DNA of 63,908 nucleotides, the filler included, from Octopus bimaculoides (Eukaryota): assembly GCF_001194135.2 (NCBI RefSeq). It is 5 parts of 5 records of this genome, joined end to end, with 100 filler letters (N's around TTAATTAATTAA, not from the genome) between each part and the next. Parts side by side here need not be neighbours in the genome. Positions count along the whole stretch, not along the records: positions 1 to 11,996 come from NC_069004.1; positions 12,097 to 42,666 come from NC_068990.1; 3 more parts are not named here. The stretch is one strand, 5' to 3'. The position numbers were made by a program, and so were the translations under genes. Positions 1 through 12,495 of the stretch are shown one piece after another. Numbering within the stretch: the stretch's first letter is position 1; each line of letters begins with the position of its first letter. The notes under the pieces are model-generated. The model did no database searches, was not told the origin of the DNA, and saw only the letters and a program-made list of their open reading frames with translations.

Positions 1-41
<41 letters not shown>
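1..41. repeat. (CA)n microsatellite
   Basis: Pure ACAC run at the window start; one of dozens of di-, tri- and tetranucleotide tracts in the window. Confidence 0.98.
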
Positions 42-44
<3 letters not shown>

Positions 45-94
45 GCACGCACGTACGCACACGCACATATGCTGTTGACCTTTTGTGCCAAGAG

Positions 95-249
95 GATGAA
101 GACTTCTTCACCAATGGGATCGAAGCAATGCTATACCGATGGAAGAAGTGAGTGAGCCTCAGGGAGACTATGTTGGAAAATAAACCTCATTTGGTCACAT
201 TCTATGAGTGTATTTTGGTCAGCCTGTGAGCGTTTCAGTCAACCCTCGT
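95..249 (+). mobile_element. Mariner transposon 3' end (transposase C-terminus plus right TIR), degenerate
   Basis: Translates, with one stop and a frameshift, as DFFTNGIEAMLYRWKK*VSL.GDYVGK*, matching the mariner C-terminal FF..GI..L..RW.KC...GDY.EK pattern. Followed by a TIR-like end ...TTTCAGTCAACCCTCGT. Confidence 0.85.
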
Positions 250-334
250 GTATCTATATAAAAGTGGGATTAGAGAATCGGAGGAAGAAGAGGAAGAAGA
301 GCACGACTTGAAGTGGTAAATACGAAGGTTGCGG

Positions 335-566
335 TCAATGAAGAGAGTAGACGTGATACCAATAGTAAATTGGTGCACTTTGAAGTATCAGCACTCAACT
401 ACGAACATGGCTGAAAAAGATCGGTGCAAGTGTGAAGGTAGAATGTCTACAAAAATCAGCAAGAATTCTCCGCAGAGTTCTTGAAGCATGACCAGTGAAC
501 AAGAGTCACCTTAGTCTGCTGGCTGTGGACAGCTGACACTTTCCATCTTACCCAGCGAAATAAGTT

Positions 567-606
<40 letters not shown>

Positions 607-636
607 TAATAATAATGATAATAATAATAATAATGA
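335..636 (+). mobile_element. RLE-type (R4/Dong-like) LINE 3' end with (TAA)n tail
   Basis: VIPIV.IGAL at about 353-379 and LQKSARILRRVLEA* ending at 491, then a short 3'UTR and (TAA)n from about 570. Confidence 0.8.
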
Positions 637-1239
637 TAAAAAACAAGAAGAAAAAGAAGAGCAAAGACCTTTTCTTTGTTAAGCATAAGTGCTCTATGCT
701 ATCCAATAGTACAAGACGGTCACTGGGAGTTTGGAGGAGCGAAGGAAGTGCGGAATGTGAGAAACAGCTCTGTAAACCTGAAGGGGTTGAGAGAAAGACC
801 TTATACAATAGACGGAAGATGCACACACACGCGCACGGATATATNNNNNNNNNNNNNNNNNNNNNNNNNNNNNNNNNNNNNNNNNNNNNNNNNNNNNNNN
901 NNNNNNNNNNNNNNNNNNNNNNNNNNNNNNNNNNNNNNNNNNNNNNNNNTATATATATATATATATATATATATATCTATATCTATATATATATATGAAA
1001 ATAAAGAAAATAAAGTGTGAAAGATTAATGATTACGTTAATTGAGGACCGTTTCTTCAGTTAGATGCAAGTGCTATTGAATGCATCAGTGAACATCTTTG
1101 GAGACATCTGATGTTGAAAAACGCCAACATCTTTAGAATAACTTCTTCGAAATGAAGTGTAGTAGCTTAGTTTTAATTTTGTAAAGATCTATGTTTTGCA
1201 TGTTGTTTATATTCTGAACCTGGCTGGATTGAAAAAGAA

Positions 1240-1410
1240 AGACCTCAGAAAGATAGGGGTAAATGTGAAGATAGGTGTCTACAGGAACCAGTGATGTTTG
1301 GAAGAGCCTGAACCCTTCGTAGAGTTCTGGAAATCTGAATGGAGGGTGTTACTTTAGTGCACGGGTTGTGGACCTCTAATATTTTGTTACATTCCCCGAG
1401 CGAAGTTAAA
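1240..1410 (+). mobile_element. Degenerate R4-like LINE 3' end
   Basis: ...CTACAGGAACCAGTGATGTTTGGAAGAGCCTGAACCCTTCGTAGAGTTCTGGAAATCTGA reads as LQ...FGRA*TLRRVLEI*, the same C-terminal motif as the other copies. Confidence 0.6.
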
Positions 1411-1930
1411 CAGCAGCAGCCGCAGCAGCAGTAGCAGCAACAAAAGAATGATGATGATGATGATGATGATGATTAAAGTGCCATCAGAAACAGAAAGTAT
1501 ATTTTCTGACGGTTCAGAAATCTTAGTCATCGCAGACGTCTATTAAAACCAATCTGATCTTCTGAATTAGCTAAGGTAAACAATCGTTACCTCCCTTGTT
1601 GAAACCAGCTTAGTCATCAAGCTTTTCCTAGCCGGGACCTGTTGGACAATCCTATCAGCGGTACACGGTACGTTTTATTATTATGGCTTGTTAGTCATCA
1701 TCTGTCTGAAGCTGATTAAAACCGCTCAATGATACATAGTACTTACATCAGCTGGTGAGACTAGATTAGTCATAACCTGGCCTGCTGTTGTCTCAGTGTT
1801 ATTATCTCAGGCGACTCGAATAATAATGTCGTTAATAAACTAACGAAAACTTGAAAAGCTTCACACTTGTACCCTTTTCTTATTAAATTCGGTTTTACAC
1901 GCAGCTATGCAGCTGATACAGCGAATCCAC

Positions 1931-1975
<45 letters not shown>

Positions 1976-3555
1976 CCACCCGGGTGGTCGTTCAACATGC
2001 TAGAAATAGCAAACAAATTTTTTTTCAAATAACATCTCATTATCTTTGGAAAAAAAAACACAGGATATTTGGACTACGTAATCTTCTCGAATACGTAATA
2101 CATTGTACGCGTTGGTCGTGGTTGGAACGCGTTTGATCATAATAGACCTGGGTTTGAATATTGGTTTCAAATTTTGGTAGGAAGCCAGCAATTCTAGGGA
2201 AGGGCGTAAGTCGATTACATTGACCTCAGTTTACGACCGGTACTTATTTTATCGTTTACGGTAAACAATGCAACAGCTCTACAACTGTCGTGAGTCCGAG
2301 TGTGATATCAGAATTTATACAACTGGTCACTTTGGTTTATTTTCTCTTAGATCGTTTTCGATTTAATGGTGCGCGCGCACGCACGCACACACACACACAC
2401 GTGCGCACGCACACACATACAGATACCGAGTTTGCATCATATGAAATAGATTATCTGTCTTTGGGCTCAGTCTTCTATTTTTCAAGACGTATATCAGAAG
2501 CATGCTTTCAGATTCGGAATCCGTCTAGCATTGTGACTAACACCAATTCCGATAAGTGCAATCGCTACACCTTATAATTTATCTCAACCATTGAATAAGA
2601 AGCTATTACGAAAAGCATCCATATACAAAAGATGTGACCTATTTCGCATTCCCTTTATCTATACCGGCCGAGACAAAGGGAAGGTATTTCGTTATAACTT
2701 TACGCACGTTTCACGTGTTTGTCCAAATGGCTTCTGTAGATATGAACAATACAGAAGGGTTTTGCAGCTGAAATAGCTTTCTATCAAGCTTTCTTTTAGA
2801 GAACGGTATGCATTTATATGGACAAATTCTATCTCCATTCTCATCCTAAGGACTCATATATATACACGTGCGCGCGCGCGCGTGTGTGTGTGCATTCTCA
2901 CATATTTCTACACTGCACACAAACTTTGCTAACACCTCGTATTCTTCATAACGTAAATTGACCCCTTAATCCATTTAGCTAAAGCTGGGTCTACATTTTT
3001 TTAGAGCGAATGTCTGCTTCGCGAGATTTAGTTAATGCTCTTCAAGGCCCCACAATGCCGAAAGAATTTGACAGCCGTACCCTGTCTCGTAGTTAATGTC
3101 ATCACATGTGCTGCACTCTGAAAGTTGAGTAGCACAGGGATTATTGCTGCTGGTACTGTACCACTGTACGTATTACGAATCTGTTATGTTGTTAGTTTCA
3201 TCCCTGTTCGATGAAGAAGAATTGTCCGAAACTTCAGGCTTTTCTTCTTCTGAAAGGCATAAAATATATCCCATTGGTTGAGCTCTTTGAATTACTCTTT
3301 GCCATTTGTGCAACACAACCTACTTTCCTCGGATTCTACTGTTTCATGAATCACAAACATTTTGCTTGAATGCTACACTAAACTTCAGAATATATCTGTA
3401 GATTTTAACCACCTTTCTACAGAGAAATCAGTCATTTCCAAACATATTTTGCCGCGGAAACCATTATAGGATTTTCATAAAATCGCTGAATCCATATATA
3501 TATATATATATATATATATANNNNNNNNNNTACAGACTTTAAAATGTGTGGGTGT

Positions 3556-3677
3556 GTGCAAAAAGATGAAAAGCAAAGTCGACATCGGCGGAATTTGAAC
3601 TCGTAACGTAATTACGACGAAATGCCACGAAGCATTTTGCGCAGCGCGCTAACGATTCTGCCAGCTCAACGCCTTAC
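3556..3677 (-). mobile_element. tRNA-derived SINE family A, 5' half
   Basis: Head AAGGCG..GAGCTGGCAGAATCGTTAGC, B-box GAGTTCAAATTCC and GTCGACTTTGC core on the minus strand. Confidence 0.85.
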
Positions 3678-3686
3678 CTTCAGAGT

Positions 3687-3718
<32 letters not shown>

Positions 3719-3719
<1 letters not shown>

Positions 3720-3925
3720 CCTTTCTACTACAGGCACAGGGCCTGATGGTTTTGGGGGAAAGGGACTAGTAGATTACATCTACCCAGTACTCGAACGGTA
3801 CTTGTTTTATCGACCTCAAAAGGATGAAAGACAAAGTCGAACTCGGCGGAATTTGAACTCAGAACATAAACGCGGACGAAATGCCGCTTAGCATTTAGTC
3901 CGGCGTGCCAACGATTCTGTCAGCG
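3719..3925 (-). mobile_element. SINE family A, near full length, with (ATT)n tail
   Basis: Same head, B-box and core, plus the tail ..GGCCCTGTGCCTGTAGTAGAAAGG(ATT)n. Confidence 0.9.
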
Positions 3926-4151
3926 ATTCTCCTCCTTGTACACACTGATGTAATATCAAAATAAGTAAAATCGTTGAAGCGTCGGGGAAAAAAATTGCCT
4001 TGTGGTGCTTGTCCCGGCACTTCATGTTGTGAGTTCAAATCCTGCTCAAGTCACCTATGTCCTCCATCCTGTCGCAGACGATTATTATCTTTACAATATC
4101 ATAAATACTTTGATCACTTCACCTTCGTTATTGTCTAAACAAACACTGAGG

Positions 4152-4378
4152 CGGCAATTTGGCAAAATCGCTAGCACGGTGGGTAAAATGCTTTGTAACA
4201 AACTTTTCGTCCGTCTTTACGTTCTGAGTTCAAATAACGCCGAGGTCGACTTTACCTTTTATCCTTTCAGGGTCAATAAAATAAGGACCAGTTCAGAACT
4301 GAGGTCTATGTAATAGACTAGCCCTTTCTCCTAAAATTTCAGGCCTTTTTTTTATTTATCTAGAGTAGAAAGGATCAG
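4152..4378 (+). mobile_element. SINE family A
   Basis: GGCAAAATCGCTAGCACG head, GAGTTCAAAT B-box, CCGAGGTCGACTTTACCTTTTATCCTTTCAGGGTCAATAAAATAAGGACCAG core, AGTAGAAAGGAT tail. Confidence 0.85.
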
Positions 4379-4534
4379 CTAAACACTTTGAAGTCAATAA
4401 CAGTCTCTTCTGAAAAAGTTTCAAAATGTGTGGAATGCACCATATATGTCACTCGTTATCAACTATTAATCTATCTACACGTCGTTGTATGATACTAAGG
4501 CAGTCTCTGTCAAATAGTGAGTTACAATTTACAT

Positions 4535-4798
4535 CAATAGTCCTCAACTGGGGCCCATACAACCCTTCGCGGCGTTCATATAATTTCTTTTTTTTTTGTT
4601 AAAATTGATGTATAATAATTTGATTATACTTCTACAACTGACAAAATATTTGAACAATTTTTTAAAAATTCAGTTCCTATTAATATCTAATTATAAAAAT
4701 ATAACTAGATTTTTTTAAACATCGAGGGCTAGGAGGGTCCATCCGAGTCGAATAAGAATCGAAGGGATCCATAGGCAAAGAGCGGTTGAAAACCACTG
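4535..4798. mobile_element. hAT-type MITE
   Basis: Imperfect TIRs CAATAGTCCTCAAC / GTTGAAAACCACTG; 8-bp TSD-like flanks ATTTACAT (4527-4534) and ATCTACAC (4799-4806). Confidence 0.65.
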
Positions 4799-5766
4799 AT
4801 CTACACAATGTTGTATAATACCTTGATCAGTCGGCCTCTATCAATTATCAAGCTATTATCTAGACTGTGTTGTGCAATATCTTGATGAGTCATTCTCCGT
4901 TAACTATTAAATCATTATCTACACACCTGATAAGATAGTCTCTATTAGCTTTTACGTTATCTACACATTGCTGAAACCAACCACAAAAATAATAAGTCTA
5001 AATCTTCTAAACAGAAAACAAAAGCGAACCGAGCTGAGAACAAGATTTACTGCATTTATTATAATCCGCCTTTCCCACCATATTTTCTACCCAATATTTT
5101 TTTATTACTTTATCTTTTTTGTTAAACACGAATTCAACTACTTCTGACTGGTTTTTACCCCGATGTTTATATTAAATTTGTCACATATGCGACTAAATAG
5201 GGGCCATGATGCCGACGTCTGCTCGAAGCACAGTTACGAAAACGGGTTAAACAGAAACATTCTGGAATCAGTTGGGGTGGACGATGACTAAATATTGTTT
5301 TCTAAAAACAAGAGAGAAAGGTTGAGAGGACATTGCTGCTGACGTCATCCTCATGATGGCGCTGAATAAATGACCAGAGAAATCAATCCTCAAACAAGTG
5401 ATATCTCCCAGATCGATACTATACGGACAGAATGAATGAAAGATCATGGCTTGTAATTCTTCACTGGGTGACATTAGCAATAAGGAAATATTGACGGTTT
5501 TACTCCATCAATTCTTTAATGTTGTTCGCGGCATTGAAAGCGAGGCTTCCTTTGATTTTCGGTTTCATTGAATCAGCAGCCGATAATTCATATATTGCGT
5601 ATGTGTATGTGTATGTGCAGCATTAATGTATGTAGCTGTAGCTATACGCAACACATCGGTGTGTATGTGTGTTTAGATGTGCATGAATACTTTTGTTAAT
5701 GGTTAAATATATAAATGCAGATGAATGAGAATACGGTGTCTACGTTTATATATAGTTCACTATTGA

Positions 5767-5822
<56 letters not shown>
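5767..5822. repeat. (TATC)n microsatellite
   Basis: Direct reading of the sequence. Confidence 0.95.
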
Positions 5823-5823
<1 letters not shown>

Positions 5824-6634
5824 GCCTGTCTGTCTATTTATCTGTCTGTCTATCTTTGTAGATATATATGGGTGTATATACATATATATGTATGTGTGTA
5901 TGTATTTTGAGTGCAAATGTGTAGGATGTCTAAGGTTGTTTGCACGCGACTATATGGCCACCAAATAGCAATTAGCGAAAGCATGGTAGAAGCTACCAAG
6001 TCATAACTGGGAGTGACGGCTGGAGTATATGCATATACATCCATTCATATATATATACATATACATACACACACGTAGACACATACACACATGCATATTC
6101 ATATAAGAAGCAAGGCTGTTTCAGTTGATGTGGGTGGGATATTTAACCACAACACGACGAGTGTACAATGACTCAGCAAGTAGTCGGTGCAATGATTTTT
6201 ATGTGAATTAACGAGTCTGAAATAGAAACGGACTATAAATATACAATACTGAATATGTACCCGAAATTCCTCGCGGCAATTATTTATCACTTCAGCTTTC
6301 GGGTGCACGTGTACCTAAACACCACAATTTTAAGTTTATCTGCGTCAGATAATTTATCAATGAGAAGGGACAATGATTATGAAGGCGCGTAGGTTAGTGG
6401 TTAGGGTGTTGCAGTCACGATCTCAAGAGTGCGATTTCGATTCCTGATGTGTTCTGTTCTTGAACAGTTAATTTTCCGTAGCACTCGTCCACCCGGCTGT
6501 AAATAAGAAACTTTGCGACGGGTTGGTATCACGTTAATGGGAAATGTTGTGATCTCGGTCATTCATATTATGCCATGGAAACTATGTAACCGGCCCTATG
6601 AACATTAGAATAGAAACAATATGTCGAAGAGAGA

Positions 6635-6674
<40 letters not shown>

Positions 6675-7378
6675 AAGATGAAGATGATGATGAAATGCAC
6701 CACATTCTCCCCAAAATACTGAATGTCTATCACAGGTTTCCTGGCGTGAAATGTAGATGTTTTTGCGAACATTCACCTCACCATCCACCGCTAAACTAAA
6801 GACAGTCACGTGACACACAATATGAGGCAGTTGATCACACTAGTGATTAGAAAGTTGGTGTATATATCGACTATGAGAAGAGAAAATGACGAAGTGGTCA
6901 ACGTTTAATAATAATAAAAAGAAAAGATGAAAATAACTGTTTTAGAAAAGTAGTGAAGAATACGTTCAGAGTTGTCTTTAGGTAGAATATTCAATATTAA
7001 GGTCTGTGTTATCGTCCTATTTATACTTAACTGAAAAAACTGGGGATGCGACGTATACTCAGGGCGCAGCTAAAACTACGAAGGATATAAATTAGCAAGA
7101 TTTAACACTAAATCAAGATGGCAACTTATAAACGAGTAAATACGGTGAGTAGATGCGCCAAAATAAAGGAGCTTCATAACATATTAAAGTCCATGAACTT
7201 CAGTGGTACTATCTTAGTGTATTTAAGTGATGTGTCTAATCATTGAGGGTGCAGAATGATCCAACAAGTGCACTTTCATTCTTTGGTTCTGTATATTAAA
7301 CGAACAAGACGAACGGAATATAACTCGAATTTACTGCAACAAGATTATATGGAATTACTAGAAGCTACATATATGTAC

Positions 7379-7416
<38 letters not shown>

Positions 7417-7417
<1 letters not shown>

Positions 7418-7670
7418 GGCGCATGGCTCAGTGGTTAGAGCATCGGGCTCACTATCATGAGGTAGTGAGTTCGATTCCCGGACTGGGCTGTGTCTTGTGT
7501 TCTTGTGCAAGACACTTTATTTCACGTTGCTCCAGTTCACTCAGGCGTAGAAATGAGCATCAGTGGCGCGAAGAATTCGAGGCTGGTATGCATGGGTGAC
7601 TGCTTGTCTTCCATAACCTTGCTAGGACTTGTGCCTCGGAGGGAAACTTTCTAGGTGCAATCCCATGGTC
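7417..7670 (+). mobile_element. tRNA-derived SINE (third family; a degenerate copy at about 6383-6540)
   Basis: A-box TGGCTCAGTGGTTAGAGC, B-box GAGTTCGATTCC, then TTGTGCAAGACACTTTATTTCACGTTGCTCCAGTTCACTCAG body; runs into a gap. Confidence 0.8.
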
Positions 7671-8744
7671 NNNNNNNNNNNNNNNNNNNNNNNNNNNNNN
7701 NNNNNNNNNNNNNNNNNNNNNNNNNNNNNNNNNNNNNNNNNNNNNNNNNNNNNNNNNNNNNNNNNNNNNNNNNNNNNNNNNNNNNNNNNNNNNNNNNNNN
7801 NNNNNNNNNNNNNNNNNNNNNNNNNNNNNNNNNNNNNNNNNNNNNNNNNNNNNNNNNNNNNNNNNNNNNNNNNNNNNNNNNNNNNNNNNNNNNNNNNNNN
7901 NNNNNNNNNNNNNNNNNNNNNNNNNNNNNNNNNNNNNNNNNNNNNNNNNNNNNNNNNNNNNNNNNNNNNNNNNNNNNNNNNNNNNNNNNNNNNNNNNNNN
8001 NNNNNNNNNNNNNNNNNNNNNNNNNNNNNNNNNNNNNNNNNNNNNNNNNNNNNNNNNNNNNNNNNNNNNNNNNNNNNNNNNNNNNNNNNNNNNNNNNNNN
8101 NNNNNNNNNNNNNNNNNNNNNNNNNNNNNNNNNNNNNNNNNNNNNNNNNNNNNNNNNNNNNNNNNNNNNNNNNNNNNNNNNNNNNNNNNNNNNNNNNNNN
8201 NNNNNNNNNNNNNNNNNNNNNNNNNNNNNNNNNNNNNNNNNNNNNNNNNNNNNNNNNNNNNNNNNNNNNNNNNNNNNNNNNNNNNNNNNNNNNNNNNNNN
8301 NNNNNNNNNNNNNNNNNNNNNNNNNNNNNNNNNNNNNNNNNNNNNNNNNNNNNNNNNNNNNNNNNNNNNNNNNNNNNNNNNNNNNNNNNNNNNNNNNNNN
8401 NNNNNNNNNNNNNNNNNNNNNNNNNNNNNNNNNNNNNNNNNNNNNNNNNNNNNNNNNNNNNNNNNNNNNNNNNNNNNNNNNNNNNNNNNNNNNNNNNNNN
8501 NNNNNNNNNNNNNNNNNNNNNNNNNNNNNNNNNNNNNNNNNNNNNNNNNNNNNNNNNNNNNNNNNNNNNNNNNNNNNNNNNNNNNNNNNNNNNNNNNNNN
8601 NNNNNNNNNNNNNNNNNNNNNNNNNNNNNNNNNNNNNNNNNNNNNNNNNNNNNNNNNNGGCGTCGTTGACGGCATCGGCTACCATGGCAACGCCATTGAT
8701 GCCATAGTGTTTGACAGTTTGCACACAGGAGAGAAAAAAGAGGA

Positions 8745-8835
8745 AAGAAGAAGGAGAAGAAGAAAAAGGAGAAGAAGAAGAAGAAGAAGAAGAAGAAGAA
8801 GAAGAAGAAGAAGAAGAAGAAGAAGAAGAAGAAGG
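8745..8835. repeat. (GAA)n microsatellite
   Basis: Direct reading of the sequence. Confidence 0.95.
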
Positions 8836-9162
8836 GAATGGTGAGCAATAACAAGAGGCTGGAAGCAGATGAGAAGAGATGGAAGAGTTAAGTGTAAAGT
8901 GTTCCTGGAATAATGTCAGTACTACACACTCTGTAAGCCAGTACCGCCAGCACCGCCAGCATCGGCAACACCGTCGATGCTGCCGACGTCGCCAACGCCA
9001 CTGGCGTTGTAGTGACACCTACGAATTGTTGATTGATATTTAAGCCAACATCTTTTTACATCTTGATTATATAAAAGTCAATGGAGAGATGCATTGCATT
9101 GCAGGATGGTGATGCGGCAACGGAGCGAAGGAGAATCGTGTTCGAATGGACGTACGCACGTC

Positions 9163-9218
<56 letters not shown>

Positions 9219-9496
9219 NNNNNNNNNNNNNNNNNNNNNNNNNNNNNNNNNNNNNNNNNNNNNNNNNNNNNNNNNNNNNNNNNNNNNNNNNNNNNNNNNN
9301 NNNNNNNNNNNNNNNNNNNNNNNNNNNNNNNNNNNNNNNNNNNNNNNNNNNNNNNNNNNNNNNNNNNNNNNNNNNNNNNNNNNNNNNNNNNNNNNNNNNN
9401 NNNNNNNNNNNNNNNNNNNNNNNNNNNNNNNNNNNNNNNNNNNNNNNNNNNNNNNNNNNTAGATAGATAGATAGTAGATGTAGATATGTATGTGTA

Positions 9497-9539
<43 letters not shown>

Positions 9540-9551
9540 ATTTTTGTGTGC

Positions 9552-9610
<59 letters not shown>

Positions 9611-9944
9611 TACTCCGCTTACACAGACAGACAGACACACACACACACACACACACACATACACACACACTTTGTGTTATAAATTGTAATCTGCTTTCTC
9701 CATTCTGCTATTCGTTTTATAAGAACGAGAATCCCATGGTATGTTTTGTCAACCTTTCGTATAAAACAGTTTATGTTCTATTTCAGCCCCTGTATGGCCA
9801 CAGCCTTGGGGCTGAAACGCATTAAAGAATAAAAGAATAGCTCCGGTATTCAATTTAAAAAAAAACCCATTAATGATCATAGTCGTACTCATTACCATCG
9901 TTAGTACCAACCATGCAACAGTATCGATAAGTCTTGAGCCAAGC

Positions 9945-10008
<64 letters not shown>

Positions 10009-10734
10009 CACCAATATTTTGGGATTAGTGATTGCACCTTGCTTGCTAGAGTTACAATCTTTCGGCTGTTGTATCTGCTGGCCGTCTGCAGGTGTCTGTC
10101 GTATTCGCTAACTTCCTTCGTATTTCGANNNNNNNNNNNNNNNNNNNNNNNNNNNNNNNNNNNNNNNNNNNNNNNNNNNNNNNNNNNNNNNNNNNNNNNN
10201 NNNNNNNNNNNNNNNNNNNNNNNNNNNNNNNNNNNNNNNNNNNNNNNNNNNNNNNNNNNNNNNNNNNNNNNNNNNNNNNNNNNNNNNNNNNNNNNNNNNN
10301 NNNNNNNNNNNNNNNNNNNNNNNNNNNNNNNNNNNNNNNNNNNNNNNNNNNNNNNNNNNNNNNNNNNNNNNNNNNNNNNNNNNNNNNNNNNNNNNNNNNN
10401 NNNNNNNNNNNNNNNNNNNNNNNNNNNNNNNNNNNNNNNNNNNNNNNNNNNNNNNNNNNNNNNNNNNNNNNNNNNNNNNNNNNNNNNNNNNNNNNNNNNN
10501 NNNNNNNNNNNNNNNNNNNNNNNNNNNNNNNNNNNNNNNNNNNNNNNNNNNNNNNATATAATGTATGTACGTACGTACGCATGTATGTATGTATGTATGT
10601 ATGTATGTATGTATGTATGTATGCACCGGTTACTCCACGAATAATTGTCGTCTTGGGATACCGCGATCTCTTCATTTCTCTGCTTAAATTCTGATATTTT
10701 AATTTTTTTTTTTCTTCAATATAGTCAGAATTTA

Positions 10735-11190
10735 GGGGTCGATAAAATTAGTAGTGGAAAAGAACTAGGGACCATTGGAATAGTTAGTAGACAAATAAAA
10801 GGAGTCGATAGAAAAACAGATATAATAATTTGTTGACGAGAATTAAGGGCAATAAAATGTTAAGCAGATAAGAACTAGGGGTCGTTAGCAAAATTAATAG
10901 CGAAAGGTTGTAAAATAATTAGTAGACAAGAATTAAGGGTCCATAAAATACCAATTGACAAGAAGATAAAGTGATTATTAATGAAAAACTAGGGGTCACT
11001 AGTATAATTAGTAAACAAGTAAAAGGGGTCGATAGAATAACGGATATAACAAACAGTAAGCAAGAATAAGGAGCGGATAAAAATAAATTTGTAGACAAGA
11101 AATAGGGGATCGTTAGAATAAATAGATGACAAGAAAAAGGGATGGTTATAAAGTAATTGGTAGACAAGTAAAGAGGGGTCGATAAAATCG
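10735..11190. repeat. Degenerate ~33-bp minisatellite (about 14 units)
   Basis: Recurring unit close to GGGGTCGATAAAATAATTAGTAGACAAGAAAA. Confidence 0.8.
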
Positions 11191-11284
11191 AATGCATACA
11201 CATCCGCCTTACGAAAACAGAAAGAAAATTAAAAAAAGGAAAAAAGCAGAAAAGTCCTGGGATTTTTGCTGCTGTTAGAAATTA

Positions 11285-11367
11285 TAATTGTTATCATTGT
11301 TGTCGTTGTTACGACGACGTCGACGACCACGACTACTACAACTACTACTACTACTAGAAGCAGCAGC

Positions 11368-11419
<52 letters not shown>

Positions 11420-11930
11420 CAGAGGCAGGAGGCGCAGCAGTAGCAGTGAATGCAGTGAGTGAAAGCAAAAGCGTTGGTGGGTTTATTGAGGAAACTGGGT
11501 TTTGGAGAAAAGCCTCGTACTGATGTCGATGATGATGATGATGAAGATGTCGATGTATAATGATGACGACGGCGGCGAGTAAGACGACAATGGTGATTAT
11601 GATGATGATGATGATGAAGACGATGAAGAGGTCGATGACCACGATGATGATGACGATGACGATGATGATGATGATGATGATGAGGGCGATGAGGGTGATG
11701 ATGGTGGTAGGGATAAGGTGGTGGTGGTGGTGGTGGTCGAGGTGGCGTTGGTAGTTGTGGTGGAAGTGGAGGTGGTGGCTGCGGCGGCGGCGGCAACGAA
11801 CGTTGTGTTTGCATCGGTTATTAAGAGGTTTGCTGCGAATTGCGTGGGCGTTGCAGTTATGGGCAGCAAGATGAATTGTGGGGCGGCGGTGGCTAGGACA
11901 GGACGCCGATGGTGGTGGTGGTGGGGTTGA
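11285..11930. repeat. Compound trinucleotide low-complexity island (ACT/AGT/GAT/GGT/GGC)
   Basis: Successive imperfect triplet tracts with long open frames on both strands; coding status unresolved. Confidence 0.8.
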
Positions 11931-12231
11931 CGGGGAAGTTAAGAGAGACGGAGAGAGAGAGAGTGAGAGAGAGAGAGAGAGATGGAGAGAGAGAGANNNN
12001 NNNNNNNNNNNNNNNNNNNNNNNNNNNNNNNNNNNNNNNNTTAATTAATTAANNNNNNNNNNNNNNNNNNNNNNNNNNNNNNNNNNNNNNNNNNNNCATG
12101 AATGGATGTTGTTTTCACAGCGATAATGCTCTTCTTAGTACATGAGACGTTCCAGTTAGCACGATTTTTTGCACCTCCTGTAGAGATGGTAAGCCTGGTA
12201 TCATTTTCAATTATTATTATTATTATTATTA

Positions 12232-12302
<71 letters not shown>

Positions 12303-12309
<7 letters not shown>

Positions 12310-12495
12310 CGAGCTGGCAGAATCGTTAGCACGCCGGGCAAAATGTTTACTGCCATTTCGTCCGTCCTTGTATTCTGCGTTCAGATTCCGCTGCGGTCGA
12401 CTTTGCCTGTCATTCTTTAAGTAGCAGTTGCGTACTGGGGTCGATGTGATCAACTTGTCCCCTCCCTCCAAGTGCCTTTAGCAGAAGGGATTATT
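12303..12495 (+). mobile_element. SINE family A embedded in (ATT)n
   Basis: GAGCTGGCAGAATCGTTAGCACGCCGGGC head directly after an (ATT)n tract, followed by GGATTATTATT. Confidence 0.85.

Noticed and set aside
3200-3242. Possible decayed hammerhead (CCTG-TTCGATGA...CCGAAACTT-CAGG)
   Set aside because: The core has an insertion, stem II is absent and there is no GUH triplet; single copy, not supportable.
7560-8854. Long ORFs spanning N gaps (also at about 19570-20640, 21304-22277, 25304-26456 and 44586-45496)
   Set aside because: Open only because N codons and dinucleotide repeats contain no stops.
12041-12052. TTAATTAATTAA island inside N runs (also at 42711-42722, 50151-50162 and 62589-62600)
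   Set aside because: An identical 12-mer with stops in all six frames, centred in ~100-bp N blocks: a scaffolding linker, not biology.
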